From positions 67,412,488-67,476,487 of the forward strand of contig NC_068990.1 of NCBI RefSeq assembly GCF_001194135.2: DNA of 64,000 nucleotides, written 5' to 3'. Source of the stretch: Octopus bimaculoides. Taxonomy: Eukaryota. Position 1 is the first letter of the stretch; every line of letters starts with the position of its first letter. This document shows, piece after piece, positions 1-13,290 of the stretch. Under the pieces are notes generated by a model. The model was not told where the DNA came from. It did not search any database and was given only the letters and a program-made list of their open reading frames with translations. Made by a program: the position numbers and the translations under genes.

Positions 1-343
1 CTGGTGCCAAGTTTTTGCCTTTCCCTAGGATAACATTATTGGTGTGGAGAAGGGAGCCTGGTATGCATGGGTGACTGCTGGTCTTCCATAAACAAATCTG
101 CCTGGATTTGTACCTCGGAAGGGAACTTTCTAGGTGCAATTTTACAGGTCTTTATTTACTTCATTGACACAGAGGCACAGCTGTATAGTAAGAAGTTTAC
201 TTTACAACCACATAGTTTCAGGTTCAGTCCCACTCCATACCACCTTCATTCAGTAAGTGACTTCTACTATAGCCTTGCCTTGGACCAACCAAAGCCTTGT
301 GAGTGGATTTTGTGAATGGAAACTGAAAAAAGCCCATCATTTA

Positions 344-379
<36 letters not shown>

Positions 380-1898
380 CATGTTGTTGCAAACAGGAAA
401 AAATCGAGCTCAAAATATTAATATATATATATGTTCGTTAATATATAGCTAAACCAACGGAGTAACTCAAGGTTCAAGAATTTCATGCATTGGCACTTAT
501 CAAAAGTTTGATAAGTGTCAACACACGAAAATATATATGTGTGTGTATGTTTTTTTATGTCTGTGTTTGTCTTCCACCATAGCTTGACAATTGGTGTTTG
601 TGTGTTGACGACCCTATGAATTGGCAGTTCAGCAAAAAAGGCCGACAGAATAGGTACCAGGCTTTTAAAAAAAAAAGTAATTGGATCAATTCATCTGGCT
701 AAAACTTCTTGAAGATGGTGCCCCAGCATAGCTGCAGTCTAATGGCTAAAACAAGTAAAAGATAAAATACATATTGTGTGTGTGCATATGCATATATATA
801 TATATATATATATATGACTGCAGAGGAAATTTATGTAATATACATTACATAACAGGAATGACTAAATTATTTTCCTCATCCGTGTTTATATACAAGATGT
901 AAAATTTGTCATCTGCTTGTTGTTGAAACAGTTGTAGATCGTGCAATATATGTAACGTGAATTAATCCATTCTTCACTCATTACTTATCCATATCTATCT
1001 GCCTACCTGTCTGTCTGTCTATGTATGTGTGTGTGTATATATGTATATTTAGTTCCTAAAACAAAAATATTTAAGTGCAAATACTGCTGACTAATATCTA
1101 TTGATAACCTGACTAAAAGAAAACAGTTTATTAAATATTTTTTTAAATACGAGATGTCAAACCAAATGGGTTATATTGCATAAATACTTTACACACTTGC
1201 TAAGTCTCATGAATTTCAGTATATTTCATTTACGTTTGTAATTTCATAGATTTTGTAATGTTTCCTCGAGAAAGTTAATTATATATTTTGTTTAAGCTAT
1301 GAAAATATTGAAGACATACTGGAGACATGGTCTCTGTAGCATTGATTTTATTCATCAAATGGTGAGTCATCTCTAACTCAGCAAATGTAATATACTTCAC
1401 CAAGAAAATATTATAAAAGTATATTTATTATCATCATCATAATCATCATTTAATGTTCATTTTATATGCTGATATGGGTTGGATGGATTTACAGGATCTG
1501 ATGGGTTTGAAGACAGCCACAGGCTCCACTGTCTGCTCTAGCAGTCCTCTCCCTCTCTCTCTTATGTATGTAAATGCTTATGGAAGTGTGTGGTTTAGTG
1601 GTTAGGGTATTACACTCACAAACATAAAATTGTGGTTTTGATTCCTGGTTCAGCCAATATGCTGTGTTCTTGAGCAAAACACTTCATTTCACATTGCTCC
1701 AGTTCACTCAGCTGGAAAATGTGAGCAATCCTATGATGACCTGGCTTCCCGTCCAGTGGGGAATATGTATATGTATACACCACAGAATCTGTGTTTACAC
1801 ACAAACACACACACACACACACACTACTAATCTAATCACCAAACATTATTCATTCACAAAGCATTTGTTGACACAAATCTATGATCCAAGACATTTAC

Positions 1899-2033
1899 CT
1901 AAGGAAATACACAATGGAATTGCACCTGGAACAAATTGGTTGAGATGTGAATTTCTTAACCACATAGCTTTCCTTGCACCCATGAAACATGCCAACTTTG
2001 CTGAAATTTCAGTACCAGAAAATATTGGCACTC
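1899..2033 (-). CDS. Possible internal exon, product unknown
   Basis: Minus strand tgactaaaatattttag|GA GTG CCA...TTA G|gtaaat, 135 nt, phase 1-1. Open frame (G)VPIFSGTEISAKLACFMGARKAMWLRNSHLNQFVPGAIPLCISL(G). No family recognised; could be chance. Confidence 0.25.
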
Positions 2034-2592
2034 CTAAAATATTTTAGTCACAGAAACTATAAACTACCATAAAACTGAAATACATTGCAAAATATGACAT
2101 TACATGTTATGCTTGCTTATTACATACGGCAGGGATGGGGGGAATGAAACATGGCTTCTGGAGATTCATTTTACCGTTCTCCTAGAGAAGACAATAAAAT
2201 ATGTCTGACAACCTATTTTCATGTCATCTTTCCAATAGAATATCTTCAATAACAGTCCAAGTCTCTGAGGGGTCCATGTCTTTTATTCTAGATATTACCA
2301 TCTTTTGTGGTTTATGTCATAGACAACACAACATTACATAGACATCATGTTACACTGATGTGTGAAGATTGGTAGATCTTGACAAACGTCTATTAATAGG
2401 ATACTTTTCTAAACTATAAAGCCAGGTGTAGCTGTGTGGTTAAGAAGATTGCTTTCTGACAACATGGTTTTGAGTTCAGTTCCACCTTGTGATGCCATGG
2501 GTAATTGTCTTCTATAATAGCCCCAGGCTATTGTCAGCAGGTTTGCCTGATGGAAACTAAAGAAACCTTTCATGCATATATATATATAAATA

Positions 2593-2663
<71 letters not shown>

Positions 2664-3922
2664 TCATCATCATCATCGTTTAACGTCTGCTTTCCTTGCT
2701 AGCATGGGTTGGACGATTTCACTGAGGATTGGCAAGCCAGAAGGCTGCAGGAAGCTCCAATCTGATCTGGCAGTTGGATGCCCTTCCTAACACCAATGAC
2801 ACTCAGAGTGTAGTGGGTGCTTTTACGTGCCACCAGCACAAGTGCTAGAAGGCGACGCTGGTAATGATTATGCTCGAATTACGCTTAAATATATATATAG
2901 ATTATCAACCACACACATAAGCTTTGTGTATTTGCTTGTAGGCTGTAATTTGGCATAATGGAGAATATTCTCTCTAAGTGGTGCTGGGTGTTAAAACACC
3001 TGAAAATCATGGACAAATCTGATCCAGAAAACACATGCCTGAAATGCTTATAGTGGGACTGAACCCAAGACCATGTGATTGAGAGGCAAACTCATTAACC
3101 AACCATATAACCATGTCTACACTTACCCATCTCATAATTTAGCACAATCACAAAAATAATTTGCTAAAGTAAGTTACATACTTGAAAATAAGCACTAGGG
3201 TCAATATCATTGAATAAAACTCTTCAAAGCAATGCCCCAGCAGTGAAGAGACCAATACTTGAGAAAGAATCATGCAGGGGTATATTAAAAGATTTATAAG
3301 ATATAATTATATGGCTTGGAGTGGGAGAGACAAAAAAAAAAAAGAAATCAATGATTAGTATTATTTCAGCCGGGTACTGGCAACACTTCCAATGTACTTT
3401 TATTAAAAATTGATTCTATTGAAGTGAATAGAAAGGGATTTAAGGAATTTTTATAGTAAATAAGCAAACTAGCTTGTTAACAAAATCTCTATTTGAGACA
3501 AAAGCATTATTTACACTGAGAAGTGATGTTTATCACCACATAAATATGGATGTTCTATAAGAATAGACAATACTGCTATTTTATTCCCAGGACATCTCCA
3601 GCTGGTTATTCAGTGCACTTTACACACAATATTATATTGCAAGCAAGGATAGAACTCCCTACAATTCTAGCTCAGTGACCACCATCGATGGTTACTCATC
3701 TGCCAGACATAGCAGCCATTTAACCCACTCGCAAAATATAGAAAAGCAGTCTCACGCAGTTGCTGGTTTTGCAACAAGTAAACTACTTCATCAAAAAAAT
3801 CGCTATTAGAGAGGAAAGCAGTATTTATACTGAGAAGTGATACTTATAGCCACCTAAATATGGGTGCTGTATACAAACAGACAATGCTGCTATTTTAACC
3901 CCAGGACAACTGAAGTGCACTG

Positions 3923-3973
<51 letters not shown>

Positions 3974-4491
3974 NNNNNNNNNNNNNNNNNNNNNNNNNNN
4001 NNNNNNNNNNNNNNNNNNNNNNNNNNNNNNNNNNNNNNNNNNNNNNNNNNNNNNNNNNNNNNNNNNNNNNNNNNNNNNNNNNNNNNNNNNNNNNNNNNNN
4101 NNNNNNNNNNNNNNNNNNNNNNNNNNNNNNNNNNNNNNNNNNNNNNNNNNNNNNNNNNNNNNNNNNNNNNNNNNNNNNNNNNNNNNNNNNNNNNNNNNNN
4201 NNNNNNNNNNNNNNNNNNNNNNNNNNNNNNNNNNNNNNNNNNNNNNNNNNNNNNNNNNNNNNNNNNNNNNNNNNNNNNNNNNNNNNNNNNNNNNNNNNNN
4301 NNNNNNNNNNNNNNNNNNNNNNNNNNNNNNNNNNNNNNNNNNNNNNNNNNNNNNNNNNNNNNNNNNNNNNNNNNNNNNNNNNNNNNNNNNNNNNNNNNNN
4401 NNNNNNNNNNNNNNNNNNNNNNNNNNNNNNNNNNNNNNATATATATGTAGGCATATTTGTATATATAAATATATATGTATATATATAATTT

Positions 4492-4544
<53 letters not shown>

Positions 4545-4547
<3 letters not shown>

Positions 4548-4863
4548 AAATTCAGTACAGTATTAGAATGCCACTTGCTATGAACAGAACTATTATTGCT
4601 TTGAAACCAGAAATTACTCACTATTAAAATACACTCAGCAAATGCAACAGACATAACAGAAATAGACTTACCTTCCACAGAAAGTGAAATCAATTGATCC
4701 CAGAATTTACATATTCCTTACTTCTGTAGTTCATACAAGTTAAGCCTCTTTCTGTTATGTTTGTTGCATTCGCTGTGTGTATTTTAATAGTGAGTAATCT
4801 ATGATTTTAGAGCGATAGCTTTGTTTATATCAAGTGGTGTTCTAATACCCCACTGAATTTTGT
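4545..4863. repeat. Fold-back element (MITE-like) with ~125-bp inverted arms
   Basis: 4545-4674 is the diverged reverse complement of 4737-4863 (e.g. ATTACTCACTATTAAAATACAC / GTGTATTTTAATAGTGAGTAAT); spacer about 60 bp. Confidence 0.85.
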
Positions 4864-5102
4864 TAATATTTTTACCTATAAAGGTATAAACTTGCAAGCC
4901 ACTTTATTATTATCGTTATTAAATATAAGAAGGGATGGTATTATTAAAGTATCATCATGAGTGGCGAGCAAATAATTAGCCATACAGGCAAATTAATAAA
5001 ATATATACATACATTATAAGATATGTACTTATATATATATGTATACATATATATATATATAACTACATATATATATATAACTATATATATATATATATAT
5101 AA

Positions 5103-5255
5103 CTACACTCTCTGAGTGGTTGGCGTTAGGAAGGGCATCCAGCTGTAGAAACTCTGCCAAATTTAGATTGGAGCCTGGTGTTGCCATCCGGTTTCACCAG
5201 TCCTCAGTCAAATCGTCCAACCCATGCTAGCATGGAAAGCGGACGTTAAACGATG

Positions 5256-5257
<2 letters not shown>
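5103..5257 (+). mobile_element. 5'-truncated young copy of the (GAT)n-tailed repeat family
   Basis: Nearly identical to 15023-15180; sits inside (AT)n. Confidence 0.85.
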
Positions 5258-5292
<35 letters not shown>

Positions 5293-6221
5293 AGGGCACT
5301 ACATGACCACCTACATCACTAAAAATATAAGTCAAAAATACTTGTGTGTGTGTGTGTGTAAAGAAAGGCATCCAACTGCAGAATCTGCTCCACAAGTATA
5401 GAAAAAAAATGAACAAATGGCAGTGCCCCAGCATGGCCACAGCTCATGAGCTGAAACTAGATAAAATGAAAAATGAATTAAATGTGTATGGTGAAGATTC
5501 ATTTGGCACCATTTTGTATAGGGGCAACACAAGTTTTATAGTAAATTAGGTGATGTGTACAAATGTTACTACATATTCTCAATGACAGTTAGAACTGTGA
5601 TTTTACACCATTTATCAGGTTGTTTCATTTGAACATTATAACCAGGAAAAAGAAAACTGCTTTTAACATTCAAATGAAACAGCAGCAGAGAAGAGGTGTA
5701 GAATCATCCTGATTCTCATCACACTAGGAATAACTTGTCGCATTTAATGATAAAAATCTTACATGTTAATTCATCACAAATGTATATTTGAAACCTGAGC
5801 AAAAGAAATTAGTAACTGGTTGACAAACCATTTCCCTTTGAATGAGAATTTATTTTAGAAAGCCTCATTTATAGTTTTATGAATAAATCCAAAGGAAAAT
5901 AAAAGTTAGAGGAATGTTACACATCTCTTCATCAGTTATTTTTTCCTTATTGCTTCATATTATATAGAGATGAAAATCTTGACTTCATAAGAAGGATAAA
6001 CCAAAATTTCTAGTAACACATATCATTTGCTCAGTAATTCTATGGTAGCACAGAATGGCTGATTCTCTTGTTAAGGATGTGGCAAAAATGTTGATTAAAA
6101 GAATGAAGCAATCAGAAGTGGCCAATGTTGGCACATGGTAAATCTGGAGAGCGAAACCTTGGAATTTAATGCTGTAAAATATCTGTATTTCTGTATGTGT
6201 CAATAAATATAGTTATGTGTG

Positions 6222-6261
<40 letters not shown>

Positions 6262-6293
6262 CATACATACATACATACACATACACATATACA

Positions 6294-6404
<111 letters not shown>

Positions 6405-6575
6405 NNNNNNNNNNNNNNNNNNNNNNNNNNNNNNNNNNNNNNNNNNNNNNNNNNNNNNNNNNNNNNNNNNNNNNNNNNNNNNNNNNNNNNNNNNNNNNNN
6501 NNNNNNNNNNNNNNNNNNNNNNNNNNNNNNNNNNNNNNNNNNNNNNNNNNNNNNNNNNNNNNNNNNNNNNNNNNN

Positions 6576-6627
<52 letters not shown>

Positions 6628-6655
6628 ACGCACAAACACACACACATATATTGTG

Positions 6656-6708
<53 letters not shown>

Positions 6709-6980
6709 CTTTGTATACATATTCATACATGTGCACTCAAGTGTGTAGGTACATGCAGAAAATATATATATCTATGACATACACACATGCATACACATAT
6801 ACATAACAAAAAAAAAATAAACAAAAGACAATTGAGAATAAATATTAATAATATACACTGTAACTCTAATCAATCAACTATTTAACGAAGTAATGTTTCC
6901 TGGTAAATCTCTACGTACTGCCTTCATAATTATTAAACTGATCTGTCTATACCAACTTTTTGTGTGTGTATGCACGTGAT

Positions 6981-7023
<43 letters not shown>

Positions 7024-7184
7024 GTGTGTGTACATGTGTGAGTGCACTGTTATTATGTGTGTTCATAGCAGTCTTTTATCTTTGCTTTGCGAGAGCAAAC
7101 ACAAAAAGACTCCACGCAGATGCTATAATTCAGATTGTGTGACACACAAGACAGATATTAAGAGTTCGTTTAAGCCCCTTTGCA

Positions 7185-7292
7185 CTGATTGGTGCAGCCT
7201 TGCAGTATATAATAAAAGTTGATTGCCGGAGATAGAAAGGCCTGTAATCAACTGATTGGACAACACTATAGAGGATGTCTTCAGCTGATTGG
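7185..7292. promoter_or_regulatory. Candidate NF-Y (CCAAT-box) array
   Basis: CTGATTGG at 7185, 7252 and 7285 and TTGATTGC at 7219; spacing 34/33/33 bp; the intervening sequences are unrelated to each other. Confidence 0.45.
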
Positions 7293-7409
7293 CTGAGATT
7301 AGGATTTAGGCATGCACACTCACATACATACACACACACATATTTACATATACAAATCTATATATGTTTATATGTGTATATATCTTTATACAAACCACTT
7401 TTTCTCTCT

Positions 7410-7468
<59 letters not shown>

Positions 7469-8624
7469 TATATATATACATTTATATTTGTATTAATGCG
7501 TAAATATGCACATTTATGTATATATATGTACGGATATATATTTATCATAATGATAAGATAATGATATACATAGAACTGCACGTGTATATGTGTGAGTATG
7601 CACAATTATATTTATGTGAGAATTTGAATGCTTATATGAGTACGTGTATTTATTTCAGGATTTCCTACCTCTATGTATATTTGTGTGTGTGCAGCTGTGT
7701 ATATATGCGCATATATTACACACATATACACACCAACATATAGGCTGTGTGTGTATGTGTGTGCTGCACTTCATCAGCTCCATTTCTTTGCCAGTTATTG
7801 TAAATTTTATCATTATATTTCAAATAAGCTGTTCCATTTTGGTTCGAGGTTAGTTTGAGGTTATTTTTCCATTATACGTGATCGGCTAATATCCCATTCC
7901 TGCATGACTTGTTTGATAACAGCCAAATCACCAGCAGAAGCAACAATTGTGTATTTACTACTTTATTTATTTGCATGCTCTTTATATTTTTAAAATGAAA
8001 GAAATCGATATAATCACAAATGATCATTATATCACATACAGACACACAGACACACTGATATAAGCAAACAAACACACACACACACACACAAGTACATCTT
8101 CATTTCTTCAATTCTTATGTTTGTTGCAGCCAACTTACTTAAGACCATGCTACAGCAACTATATAATTTACCTAATTTATTTTTATCATTTTCTGACAAG
8201 GGTTCTTGAAGCAAGGTATCTGAATACTCAGAGTTATATCAGCAAGAGAAATTATTGGGGTAGGTAAGATTCATAAAAATGCTGTTTTTGAAGTAAGCAC
8301 AACCAACTACCTGGACAATACTGTCTCACATCCTAGGCCTCATGAGGTTGCTTATCTTGTTTCTATGGTGTGTAAGTGATCGAGATGATAACATCTCCAA
8401 TGAACAAGACACTGGTTCATTGCAAGGTTACTTATTTACTACTGAGTGGACTGGAGCATAGTCGACTGCCTAGTCTTGGTAATGAAACCACAACCTTGCA
8501 ATCACGAGTACAATGTCCTCACCAATAAGCCATGCACTTTCATACAACTAACTACAGATTTTTTAAATAGTATTTATAAATGCAAAACAAGAGAAAAAAT
8601 ACATCAAAGATGCTTGGAAATCAA

Positions 8625-9150
8625 GATTTCCTCACTCACTATTTGTCAGCTGTTTACCAGCTCTCTTTTTAAAGCTATATATGGCTATGGTAAATTCACA
8701 CATATAATTTGTATCTCCTGTCTGGGATTCCTGTCTTGTCCAGAATGTCAATCTGTTGGAAGCTGCTCAGAGATGTATACCCAGACAGATACTGTCTGTT
8801 AGTCACTTACCATATCTTGAATGCATTGCTGATCTGGCTATTGACACACTAAATCTTTGATGTCAAGTTACTGACTTGGTAAAAACCCATAAAAACCAAC
8901 TGCCTTTACAAAGATTTTAGCCACCTTTTTCAATGCATTACTTCTATCACTTATGGACATGCTTATAAAATAAAAAATTTTTTTTAAAACAGTACAGCAC
9001 CGATGACTTTCAAAAACATTCTTTCATGTCCAGTATTGTTGAAGCATGGAATAAATGACCTATGTCAGTTGCTAGCAGTCAGAACACTATTTCGTTCAAA
9101 AATTCCATGCTTCTTGAAATTCAGTCACCAAGACTGCTTCTGACATGCAT
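8625..9150 (+). mobile_element. Degenerate CR1/Jockey-group LINE 3' fragment (post-RT region)
   Basis: Reads SLFVSCLPALFLKLYMAMVNSHI*FVSPVWDSCLVQNVNLLEAAQRCIPRQILSVSHLPYLECIADLAIDTLNL*CQVTDLVKTHK, matching the CR1 C-terminal pattern LY..LVRPHLEY.SPVW.P....I..LE.VQRR...LPY..RL..L...TL..RR...DL. Contains in-frame stops. Confidence 0.8.
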
Positions 9151-9299
9151 AGGTAACCTTTCTTCTTAATGGTTCACCTTTCTGTCTTTTCATGTTTAAT
9201 TCCATGTATTGTATATGTACTTCTAACTTCCATCACTGTCTTTCTTTATATGACTTATATTTCTGCTCTCTGTCCTCTTTTAACATTTACCAATGTGTT

Positions 9300-9690
9300 G
9301 TATCAACCTCAACTGACTTAAGATAGATTACACAATAATCTTCTTCATGTCATACTCATAAAGAGCACAAATTCCCGATATAACAGCAGTCATAATATAA
9401 ATTATAAAACTACAAAAGTGCTGAAACTCAAATAATAATAAAACCAAATTAATAAAAACAAAACACCAGCTGTAACTGAAGTAGATGAACTCATTAAAGC
9501 AAATGCAAGAATTGGAGCTGTTATAGCAGCTGACAATAAACTTCTAAATGGAATCTGATTCCTCTTAGATATATCCACAATAACTGCAAAAATTATACAA
9601 GCATCATCAATTATACAGTAAGCTCATTATTATGATTATAATTAATAAAATATATAATAACTAATAAGAAATTATAAAATGTTTCATAGA
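9300..9690 (-). pseudogene. nad5: NUMT: decayed mitochondrial nad5 fragment
   Basis: In the invertebrate mitochondrial code the minus strand reads MSKSNQIPFSSLLSAAMTAPILAFALMSSSTSVTAGVLFLLIWFYYYLSF. After a frameshift it reads IMTAVMSGICALYEYDMKKIIV*SILSQL. These match the ND5 motifs [37 protein letters not shown] and YEYDMKKIIALSTLSQL. Stops and a frameshift are present; the left boundary is firmer than the right. Confidence 0.9.
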
Positions 9691-10457
9691 ACACAATCAT
9701 TTAAAAATATACTCTTCACAATGTTGGACATGAGAGGTTCAAAGGAGAGAAAAGTTTGAAATCCCTGGTTTAGAGGCATACTTCTGTTACGCCAAATTTA
9801 GAAACCATTCCCAATTTCTGGGTGTAGACATTTCAATTCTGTATATTTAAAAGTAGAGGGTTGGCTGTGAGGTTTTAGAAATTTGCTCCAAATCTATAAG
9901 GATTGGGATTCAGTTGCACTCCCTAGCACTTCCAGCTGGTGTCTTGCTGGAGAAAAACTGAAAGAAGCCCATAGTGTTTGTGTGTGTGCGTGTGTGTGTG
10001 TGTCTGTTTGTGTAGATAGATAGATAGATAGATAGATAGGTAGATAGATAGATAGATGGATAGATGGATAGACAGACAGATACAGATATGGATACACACA
10101 CACATACATCAATTAATATAAACAGTTAGGTGCAATGTAATACCATAAAGGAAAACTAGCTGTTTATATTAATTTTTAGCATATACATTAGCATTTTGCT
10201 AACTCAGCTATAAATTCTTATGGTAAAAATATGTATACTGGCAGATGGAATTAGTCAAACCATCATAGTCACTACTGATGATGCTAACACAATAAGTGAA
10301 ACTAGTCTAGTCTAGCGATTCTAAAGACAGTTATGGGGCAGTTACCTCCCTTGTCAGTGAATATATATTGTGCACTTCTTACAGCATTAAAAGGTTTTAA
10401 CTGTTTTCTAGCAATGTAGGTGCTTCCGCATTCTCAGTCACATTTAGTGATGACTAA

Positions 10458-10503
<46 letters not shown>

Positions 10504-10808
10504 AAGCATGCGTATGATTTCTATGTTAGCATGCATTAGATGACTGCATTGTCGAGGCAGTGTTTCAGAGCTGCTGGATGCCCTTCCTATCACAAACTCT
10601 TACCTATATTACAGGTAAAGGATCTCTTATTTCACTTGTCTTCTAAGGTGCAAAACTTGTAGAAAATTTGCTTTCAAGAGAATAACAACAACATCACTAC
10701 TGCTATGGAATTCAATGATTTAGGGAAGAGTGCAAATGTAAACAAACAAGACACACACACACACACGCACACACGTATCATCATTTAATGTCTGCTGTCT
10801 GTGCTGGC

Positions 10809-10896
<88 letters not shown>

Positions 10897-11624
10897 GCTT
10901 TTACTCTTACATGTTTCTGTCATTTGACTGCTGCCATACTCAGAGACACACACACATAAACATATATGCACATACATGATAGACTTCTTTCAGTTTCTGT
11001 TTACCAAATACATTTACATATGTGTATACCTGGGTGAGTGTGTGTGTGAGAGAGTTTGTGTCACCTTATGATATTACCTCTACGTTGTAAACAAGTACTA
11101 CCCTCATACAAGTGGTGTTGTGGGTTTCCAATCTTCCATGAAAGCATATCTGGCCATGGAAAAAATATTACTTGGCTCAGAAACAGATGAGGGTTGGCCA
11201 CAGGAAGAGCATCTGGCAGTAAAAGAAGGGAAAAAACCCATCTACCTAAGCAATTTGCATATGGTCAATGCATGCATAGAAAAGTGAATATTAAAATGAC
11301 AACAATGATGATGATGATGACAATGATGAATGTGTAGTCAATATACAAGCTATTTCTAGTGCGCTAATTATGCGGGCTGCACAAAGTGTCTAGCCATTAT
11401 TATAGGTCTGCTAAATCACAGCTGATCGAGACCAAGCATCAATGATAATAACATGAAGAGCCAATCAACAATGTGTTAATGAGTGAGACATAGCATTGCT
11501 TGAACTTATTTTGAAGTCAAATCTCTTCTGAAGTCAATCTAAATTTAATATGCATGAATATAAACATATGTGATTATATATCTGGCCATCTATCTATCTA
11601 TCTATCCATCTATATATCTACCTG

Positions 11625-11679
<55 letters not shown>

Positions 11680-11689
11680 ATGTATATAG

Positions 11690-11734
<45 letters not shown>

Positions 11735-12155
11735 ATATGTGTGTGTGTGTATGTATATTCCAACATACCTATATGTAATGAAGTGTTGATTATAATGTCT
11801 GGAGCAAAAGTCTACAGGAAACAGATGCCAAGCTTATTAAGATCAGCTTATTATTATCATTAACATCACCATTTTAATCACAATTAATAATATAACCGTA
11901 GAAATGAAGTGTGCATTGATCTGATTCCATTTAAGTTGGGAAGAAAGACAGATAAAATGAGGTGGTTTTGGTGGGGTGAGTAAAAAAAAAGAAGTCCTAT
12001 ATGTTTAGAGAGAGAGAGAGAGAGATTTTGGTAAATGAGCATAATGGGAGAAGTAACAAAAATGTGAGAGTTGTGGAGAGAAAGAAAGAGAGAGAGAGAA
12101 GGAGGGAAGGTAAAAGAGACAATGAAAGAGTGAAGGAAAAATGAGGAGGAGCAAG

Positions 12156-12201
<46 letters not shown>

Positions 12202-12280
12202 GTATATATATAGATATATGTGTGTAGAGAGAGAGAGAGAGAGAGAGAAAGAGGAGAGANNNNNNNNNNATATAGATATA

Positions 12281-12311
<31 letters not shown>

Positions 12312-12384
12312 AGAAAGAGGAGAGAGAGAACAAGGATAAAAATGTTAGAAAAAGAAAGGAAAGTAAACAAGAATCTAAGTAAAA

Positions 12385-12464
<80 letters not shown>

Positions 12465-12924
12465 AGTGGGGGTAAGTCTTTCTGATTTGGTGGGGATAAT
12501 AATGAATGCAATGTCAAGAGAGATAATAGGCAGTTTTTGCAGCTTCTGCTGCTGAAGATGATGATGATGAAGGTGGTGGTAGTTTAGGCTTTAATATCAG
12601 TGGCTGTGCTAGTGGTGACGATGATGATGATGATGATGATGATAACAATAATGGTGATGAGGGTGAACATTGCAACATGAACTTAGTGCTGTTTGGTAAA
12701 GTCAAGCTTGTTGTTTCATAACATGAGTGGAAGGATGAGCATCTCAAGATTAACGAGTGAAGGTAAGAAGGTTCTTATGATTTTTTTGCAATAAACTTAT
12801 AATGTTAATCAAGGGAATAAGCTGGCCACTTGGCATATTGTCTCTGAAACTTGGAGTTGTGATGTAGATTAGGAATGAAGTAGAGGTTTAAAGGTATAAG
12901 TAGTGTGTGCATGGAAAAGATGGT

Positions 12925-13290
12925 GGAGGCGCAATAGCCCAGTGGTTACGGCAGCGGACTCGCGGTCTTAGGGTCGTGGTTTCGATTCCCAGACCGGGCG
13001 TTGTGAATGTTGTTTATTGAGCGAAAACACCTAAAGCCCCACGAGGCTCCGGCAGGGGATGGTGGCGAACCCTGCTGTACTCTTTCACCACAACTTTTTC
13101 TCGCTCTTACTTCCTCTTTTCTGTTGTGCCTGTATTTCAAAGCGCCAGCCTTGTCACTCTGTGTCACACTGAATCTCCCCGAGAACTACGTTAAGGGTAC
13201 ACGTGTCTGTGGAGTGCTCAGCCACTTGCACGTTAATTTCACGAGCAGGCTGTTCCGTTGATTGGATCAACTGGAACCCTCGACGTTGTA
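12925..13290 (+). mobile_element. Full-length, young tRNA-derived SINE with 16-bp TSD
   Basis: A-box-like TAGCCCAGTGG and B-box-like GGTTTCGATTCC head, with many CpGs retained. Exact flanking duplication GCATGGAAAAGATGGT at 12909-12924 and 13293-13308. Older copies lie at about 23060-23375, 32111-32433 (-) and 35390-35700. Confidence 0.92.

Noticed and set aside
1297-1361. Plus-strand exon candidate (MKILKTYWRHGLCSIDFIHQM, GTGAGT donor)
   Set aside because: Short, no recognisable homology, and its phase does not chain with the other plus-strand candidates.
7870-7965. Protein-like minus frame KYTIVASAGDLAVIKQVMQEWDISRSRIMEK
   Set aside because: Bounded by stops, purine-rich acceptor, and no family recognised.
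8201-8263. Plus-strand 63-nt exon candidate (VLEARYLNTQSYISKRNYWG, GTAAGA donor)
   Set aside because: Weak acceptor, no family match, and expected by chance in 64 kb.
12200-12330. Tandem duplication of ATATAGATATATGTGTG...AGAAAGAGGAGAGA
   Set aside because: The two copies flank a 10-N gap, the usual sign of unmerged contig overlap.
12925-13000. tRNA gene
   Set aside because: The tRNA-like head continues into a SINE body bounded by a TSD, and I could not form a convincing full cloverleaf. The same applies to the other A/B-box heads in the window.
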